Assembly (NCBI GenBank): GCA_963713615.1
Contig: CAVQMM010000001.1
Location: 3,200,001 to 3,264,000 of the forward strand
Reading direction: 5' to 3'
Origin: an uncultured Chlamydiae bacterium
GTDB lineage: Bacteria > Chlamydiota > Chlamydiia > Chlamydiales > JAJFMA01
Length of the DNA stretch: 64,000 nucleotides
The position numbers and the translations under genes were made by a program. The notes under the pieces are model-generated. The model ran no database searches. It worked only from the letters and a program-made list of their open reading frames with translations, and was not told the DNA's origin. Numbering within the stretch: the stretch's first letter is position 1; each line of letters starts with the position of its first letter. Of this stretch, positions 58,590 through 64,000 are shown piece after piece.

Positions 58590-60107
58590 CTACAACATCT
58601 TTTCGACGCGCTTGATGCCTTCTTTGTCGACTACAATGCGAAATTTGCGCAGATCGCTGTGGGGCTCACCGGTCATATCGCGGAAGGTTCGTCGCATGAT
58701 GATATTGATATGGTAGACTTTTGGAGCATGGATGACGTGGAGCTTTCCTGTTTTGACGTCGACTTCAAGGTATTCCTTGTAGGCGTCGCTGGCCTTAAGT
58801 AAAAAGCGTGCAATATTGTAGCGCATGATGTCATTGAGGTCGGGAGCGCGATGATGGTTCTCCTCCGGTTCAGCGAATAAAACGACCTCTTTTTTGTAGA
58901 AAAAGACGTTTTCTAAGCGTTCAGCTCGCTCAAGTTCCGTATGAAAGCCTGTATTGCGGATTTGGATGATTTTTGGAGGCACCTCTTTAGGTGTCAGAAA
59001 GGAAAAATATTCCTTGAGGTAGCCAAGCTTAGTCTCACCATCCGGAGTTTCGATATGCGTGCGGTAGTCGGGGAACCAACGCGCCGCAAAGGTGGCGGAG
59101 AGGTTTTTGAGTCCATCTTTGAAGCGGTCCTTGATGATATAAAGGAAGACCGAAAGCATGATGAAAGCCGTCGAGTTCACGATGATGCCACCGGGTTGAG
59201 AGCCGCCCAATTGCCAGGTCAGGAAGAACACATAAATCAGCATGGCGAGCCCCGCGGCGACCATAGCGGCAAACTCGCGAAAGGGTTTGGCGGGTTCCTT
59301 ACGGATAATATTTAGGAATAGGGCTTCCCAAACAAATTTCTTGAGTAGACCCGAGCGATAGACGAAATATTCCATGTTCTTTTCAGGGTCGTCGGCATAG
59401 GGTGAACGCTCTTTGGCGTTGGCGCGATGCGTGCTTTCCCAAAGAATGCGTTCGGTGACTTGCTCAATAGGGGATTCCGGATACTGCTGTAGTGCATGCA
59501 GCAGGGAGGTTAGATGTTGATCGACGGTTAGGCTGATGAATTCATCGATGTATTGGGCGTAATCGACCAAACGCGTATTGCGCCAACGCTCGGCAAACTC
59601 TGCCATAAAATTGTGATAGCTGGCACGTAGGGATATGATTTCATGACAGAGCTCCTCAATACCTTCATAAACCCTGTCTGGGTTAAGAGCCTGGTGCTTC
59701 AGTGCTTCGATGAAGTATAGCGAGCGGTCACGGATATCACTGCGAGCCATATTGGCATAAAGCTTTAGGTCCTTGAGCACATCCTTCTCTGGTGGGCTGC
59801 GATCGTCGGCGTACGATTGCCGCACGTTGCTCAGGGGAGAGTGTGGATGATTCGTATCGATTAACTCAGGAAGTGGCACATGTGGCGTCTTGAGGCGTAT
59901 CAGACTTGTCTGGTCATAATAAAAGTGTTTTTTTGCATAGGTGTGTTTGTTGACGTGAAGGGCAGTCGGAATGAAGAAATAGAATTCCAGGGTATAGGTA
60001 TTGTTGGTTTGCCCAGGGACAGGAGAGTACTCAGACTTTACTTCAAACTGAAATTTGTCGCGGAGGTGGATGTCGCCATCCCCAATGTCCTCATCGATAT
60101 CAGCCAT
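58590..60107 (-). CDS. Hypothetical protein with two TM helices
   Basis: 505-aa ORF with a hydrophobic hairpin around aa 280-325. Confidence 0.7.
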   Translation of the reverse strand: MADIDEDIGDGDIHLRDKFQFEVKSEYSPVPGQTNNTYTLEFYFFIPTALHVNKHTYAKKHFYYDQTSLIRLKTPHVPLPELIDTNHPHSPLSNVRQSYADDRSPPEKDVLKDLKLYANMARSDIRDRSLYFIEALKHQALNPDRVYEGIEELCHEIISLRASYHNFMAEFAERWRNTRLVDYAQYIDEFISLTVDQHLTSLLHALQQYPESPIEQVTERILWESTHRANAKERSPYADDPEKNMEYFVYRSGLLKKFVWEALFLNIIRKEPAKPFREFAAMVAAGLAMLIYVFFLTWQLGGSQPGGIIVNSTAFIMLSVFLYIIKDRFKDGLKNLSATFAARWFPDYRTHIETPDGETKLGYLKEYFSFLTPKEVPPKIIQIRNTGFHTELERAERLENVFFYKKEVVLFAEPEENHHRAPDLNDIMRYNIARFLLKASDAYKEYLEVDVKTGKLHVIHAPKVYHINIIMRRTFRDMTGEPHSDLRKFRIVVDKEGIKRVEKML

Positions 60108-60173
60108 AGGTAAATAAACCTATATGTCATGTGATCTTATTATAGCACGATGAGGCAAAGGATATGCCATCCA

Positions 60174-60215
60174 AAAAAAAGTGCCCAATCTCGACTTGGA
60201 AACGAGATTGGGCAC
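60174..60215 (-). terminator. Intrinsic terminator
   Basis: gtgcccaatctcg...cgagattgggcac preceded by an A-run. Confidence 0.75.
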
Positions 60216-60240
60216 GGGAGCAATCCAGTGAAGCTCAAGT

Positions 60241-60918
60241 TTACTCCACGACTGTAAAAGAATCGAAGAATTCTTCTCCATCAACGCCATCGGTGATTGA
60301 GAGAAGAAAGTAGGTGTTTTCTTTTACTCTGATCACTTTTAGATAAATATGATCAAATTCGATATTCATGTTTTTGTCCTGAATAGAGATTTTGTTATTC
60401 AGTGCGATGGCAAGTTTGCAGAACGGGTGTAATTGCAATTGATCGCTGGACGCTTTAAGCGTTTTTATCAGTTGTTCGTTCTCATTTAGTAGGGGATTGT
60501 TGGTTTCGAAAAGGGTATTCTCAGGGAATAGCAAGTTCAGCAGCTCTGGAATGAGTCCTTCAATGTGCTCGGGCATAGCTTCTGCCAGGAATACGATGTT
60601 TCGAGCGATTTTGAATAGCTCGTCGCCCTTTGTCCCAAACAACACATAAATACCGTTGTTATTGGTTGACACGACAATCGGATTGCTTTTGTCACGGTCT
60701 ACATAGGAATAATTCCGGATAGTTCCAGGCAGTATGACCTGGATATCGTCTCCAATAAAATAATAGTTAAAATTATTGATAGCGCTAGGGGAGTCTGATG
60801 ACTGCTCAGATTTGGCTCTTTCCTCGATGTTTTCAACAGTTTGATCGTTTTCCCACTCAGATGAGGAAACGTCACCGGTGATTATGGATCCGGCTAGTAA
60901 TAGGGTTAACGGATGCAT
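60241..60918 (-). CDS. Hypothetical exported protein
   Basis: GGGAGGG RBS, short N-terminal hydrophobic stretch, own terminator. Confidence 0.6.
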   Translation of the reverse strand: MHPLTLLLAGSIITGDVSSSEWENDQTVENIEERAKSEQSSDSPSAINNFNYYFIGDDIQVILPGTIRNYSYVDRDKSNPIVVSTNNNGIYVLFGTKGDELFKIARNIVFLAEAMPEHIEGLIPELLNLLFPENTLFETNNPLLNENEQLIKTLKASSDQLQLHPFCKLAIALNNKISIQDKNMNIEFDHIYLKVIRVKENTYFLLSITDGVDGEEFFDSFTVVE

Positions 60919-61066
60919 ATTTTCCCTCCCAGGTTAATGTATGCGTCGAAGCATTTTATCATTTTTGCGGCTTAAGATAAAAGGCTTATGATTTTTTGAG
61001 AGATAGGGAAGGGTTTTACCCCTTGAAAGATATGCGGTTAGCGGGTAATCTTGACATCCTTATTGC

Positions 61067-61156
61067 GGAGGAGTGTCCGAGTGGCTTAAGGAGCACGCTT
61101 GGAAAGCGTGTGTGCGTGAAAGCGTACCGTGGGTTCGAATCCCACCTCCTCCGCCA
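61067..61156 (+). tRNA. tRNA-Ser(GGA)
   Basis: ggaggag/ctcctcc acceptor stem, cacgc-ttGGAaa-gcgtg anticodon arm, long variable arm, GGTTCGAATCC, encoded CCA. Confidence 0.96.
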
Positions 61157-61167
61157 TTTTCTTTCTG

Positions 61168-62262
61168 TTACTGGTTAATTAGGTCTTCATAGGGCTTTTT
61201 AAGTTTGTATTTTCTGCCTTTATTTGAAAAATCTGTGATTTCCAAAAAACCATTTTCGACCCACGTTCGGCATAATTGTGCACTGGTTCGTGCCTTAAAG
61301 CCAAATAGGATGCCGATTTGATGTGCCGTAATCGTTTCAAATTTTTGAAATAATTCGAGCGCTTTACGTTGACGTGGATCAAGCTTTCTTAGCCGAGCGC
61401 TCTGATCTATATCGCCATGCCCATGAGCCTCTGTCATTTGCTTTAACACGCTTTCAAATGAAAAGGCTATGCCTTCCACAAAATAAGCCACCCACTTCGT
61501 GATACTGGCTTCTGCTCTTCCAAGGTAATAGTTGTGTGAGTCTCCTATACTAATGGCATCATAGTAGGCTCCTAGATTACGAGCATAGTATTCTTCAAGC
61601 GAGTAGAGGCCCTTTAAGTCGTAGCCGCCTAGATGCAAAATTAAGGTTGTGAGTAGTCGTGCGGTACGCCCATTGCCATCGTAGTAAGGGTGAATGGTAG
61701 CAAATTGATAGTGAGCAATCCCTGCGACGATAGCACAGGGAATTTCACTGCTGTGGCTGATCCAGTTAACTAGTCCTTTCATAAGTCGAGGGACATCCTT
61801 AGCTTCGGGAGGCATATAAACAATGGTGCGAGTTCGGCCATCGCGGATCACATTTTGGCCATCGCGGTAAGGTGTTGGTTTAACCTTCGACCTTCCATCA
61901 GCCATCACAAGAGCATGCAGAGTTTGAATGTGTTTTTCAGTAATACGCACACCTTGAGCCACCCATTGCTCCACCTGCGTCAGGGCGGAATAATAACCTT
62001 TTACCTCTCGCTCATCTCGTTCGCGTCCCGGAAAATGCCCATCGTGCTTGAGAACTTCTTCAACTTGATGCGGTGAAAGGGCATTACCTTCAATCATGGT
62101 TGAATAATGTGTGGTAAAAAGACGCGCTGTTTCACGTAGAGATGTTAGTACCGTCGGAGTTAGGGGTAAGTGTAGAATTTTTTGCTTCGCGGCTTCAATA
62201 CGAGTGAGGCTGGTGGCCATTTGGGGCGTAATGCTGTAGTTGGGGGTAAATTTTATCGGCAT
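61168..62262 (-). CDS. Fic family protein with a C-terminal winged HTH
   Basis: HPYYDGNGRTAR Fic motif; STMIEGN inhibitory-type motif. Confidence 0.9.
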   Translation of the reverse strand: MPIKFTPNYSITPQMATSLTRIEAAKQKILHLPLTPTVLTSLRETARLFTTHYSTMIEGNALSPHQVEEVLKHDGHFPGRERDEREVKGYYSALTQVEQWVAQGVRITEKHIQTLHALVMADGRSKVKPTPYRDGQNVIRDGRTRTIVYMPPEAKDVPRLMKGLVNWISHSSEIPCAIVAGIAHYQFATIHPYYDGNGRTARLLTTLILHLGGYDLKGLYSLEEYYARNLGAYYDAISIGDSHNYYLGRAEASITKWVAYFVEGIAFSFESVLKQMTEAHGHGDIDQSARLRKLDPRQRKALELFQKFETITAHQIGILFGFKARTSAQLCRTWVENGFLEITDFSNKGRKYKLKKPYEDLINQ

Positions 62263-62351
62263 AATATCTGCGTTTTATCGGCATTTGTCTCTATATCAAT
62301 TATGCAGATAAACCGCAGATAAGTCCATCATTCCCATCAGTGACAATTCTG

Positions 62352-63732
62352 CTACGTCGCGGCTTGGCTGACGACATAGACTTGTCGCTGGCTTTTGTAC
62401 CGGACAAAGTAAATCAGGGTCATGACGCAACTGCAGATGGCTGTAGTCATGAAGGCTTGGTCTACCGTGCCTCCGTAGACGACGAGTACAAAATAGACTG
62501 GGACGACATACAGCAACCAGTTGCATAGTGTACTGATGACCATGATGAATTTGGTGTCTCCTGATGCTGTCAGCATACCTACGAGCGCCCAATAGATGCC
62601 ATCGATCAGATAAAACGAGCAGATCCATCCCAATGTACGTTGGAGGACCATGACAAATTCGGGGTTGGATAGAATTTGACGATCGTCCACTGACATAACC
62701 ATCCCAAACAGCTGCTCAGGTGCGGTAACGACCACTGCTGCTAAAGCGAGGCTAAAGATGGCCACCAGCTTGATGGCGCTTGTGAGGACTTTATCTAGAA
62801 AGTGGGTTTGGTTTCCACCGATCAGATTCGAAGCGATGGCCGTCACAGCCTTGGAGATACCTTCGGTAAGAAAGTGTCCGGCGATGTAAACGCTCTGAGC
62901 TAGGGTGACGATGGTGATCCCAAAGCCTCCAGAGAGGATGACGATGCGGAAAAAGACAAAGTGTGCCAACAGTTCGTTAAGGTGTCCGAGGCCCTGATGG
63001 CAGGCCGATCTTAACGCATTCCCAGAATGCTTTAGGGCGAAAGGCCCATGCATTGGTGCCATACTGTTTGCGGTATGAGGGCTTCCAGAAAATCATCAAA
63101 AAGAAGACGACACTAATAGCGCCACCTAAGCCTGTGGCAATGGCGGCTCCGGTAACTCCCATTTCGGGAAAAGGTCCCCATCCGAAGATTAAAATGGGAT
63201 CGACGATGACATTGATTAAATTGCCCAGAATAGTCGCAAATGTCACCAACTTCACAGTACCCTTGGCGGCGAAGAAGCCGCTGAGTGCCGGTGTGCAGAT
63301 GAAGAAAGGTCCAAAATAGAGCATTGTGCTGAAGTAATCGATCTCAAGCGCCTCGTTCCCGGTGCCCCAAAAGATATAGGGAGCGGCAAACCACGCAATC
63401 GCGCAAAAGACAGGCGCTAAAAATAGTGCGAACCAAAGCATCTGCCAGACGGGTTCGCCCATGCGCTGCTTCTGGTCGCTGCCATGGTATTGTCCGACGA
63501 AGACTTCGGCAATACCTGCTGTAAGCATAGGAACGATTAGAAAAACCCATACCGCCAAGCCTGCGTTTGCAGAGGCATTTAACGCCTGCAGGGAATAGTG
63601 GGCGAGATAGAGCCGGTCTGCGAACATCATTAAGCTACCGGAAAGCAGCGATAGCATGAGGGGATAGGCGATGTGCCACATCTCCCGAAGCGATCCGATT
63701 GGATGTCGAGTCAGTTGGTAACTATTTTGCAT
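62352..63732 (-). pseudogene. MATE family efflux transporter split by a single frameshift
   Basis: ORF 62977-63732 (IAYPLMLS..FADR, NVIVDPILIFGWGPFPEMGVTGAAIAT, KIGLPS) continues as GLGHLNELLAHF in ORF 62352-63062; one extra base near 62992. Confidence 0.8.
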
Positions 63733-63870
63733 GATAATTCATCTTAATTTCTTGCGAAGATTTAATTGTAACGTATAATGATTAAAAATTCAACAACTAG
63801 TGTCAATGGGACAAGGAATTCAACATGTACATATTGACCCATTTGCGATCGTTGAATCGCGGGAGCTTTC

Positions 63871-64000
63871 GGGCCTTATTCACCTTTGCGGTCAGTTTTC
63901 GGTCGACTGCAAAAGGATCGTCTGTCGCGTTTTGCTCCTCGGACATAGCTGGCGCTATGCCCTCGTCACAAACCACGACATCCGACCTTTTTCGTCCGAC
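63871..64000. mobile_element. 162-bp hairpin MITE, subfamily B, truncated by the window edge
   Basis: Matches 24933-25062 over the visible length. Confidence 0.85.

Noticed and set aside
54446..61156. Integrative island bounded by the two tRNA-Ser genes
   Set aside because: Different isoacceptors, both complete; no duplicated 3' att fragment or integrase seen; content is mostly housekeeping.

Overview
Bacterial chromosomal DNA, most likely from an environmental member of the Chlamydiota. This is inferred from the dnaB - small basic protein - mnmG - lplA order, a long SdhC, a Zn/Mn ABC operon, MORN/TPR proteins and effector-like orphans. Housekeeping genes (rsmD, coaD, gdhA, gluQ-like, sdhCAB, mnmG, dnaB, two tRNA-Ser, a probable 6S RNA) are interleaved with a dense, layered set of mobile and repeat DNA: (i) an IS200-type HUH TnpA followed by a ~5 kb mosaic array of two interdigitated REP-like palindrome families; (ii) an IS110 element inserted in one of those REPs, whose bridge RNA can be read from the sequence (target guides match the REP, donor guides match the element ends, and the circle junction creates a 17-bp-spaced promoter), with a second unexplained pair of structured repeats in its other end; (iii) a RAYT with its own REP arrays splitting the metal ABC operon, plus a distant REP doublet interrupted by an IS1634; (iv) a 162-bp hairpin MITE family with 6-bp target duplications in two covarying subfamilies; (v) several 9-nt-periodic inverted repeat families, one flanking a four-helix-bundle gene and apparently supplying the N-terminus of the next gene. 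An Rhs gene and a MATE gene are frameshifted. All assignments were made by eye; no database searches were run.
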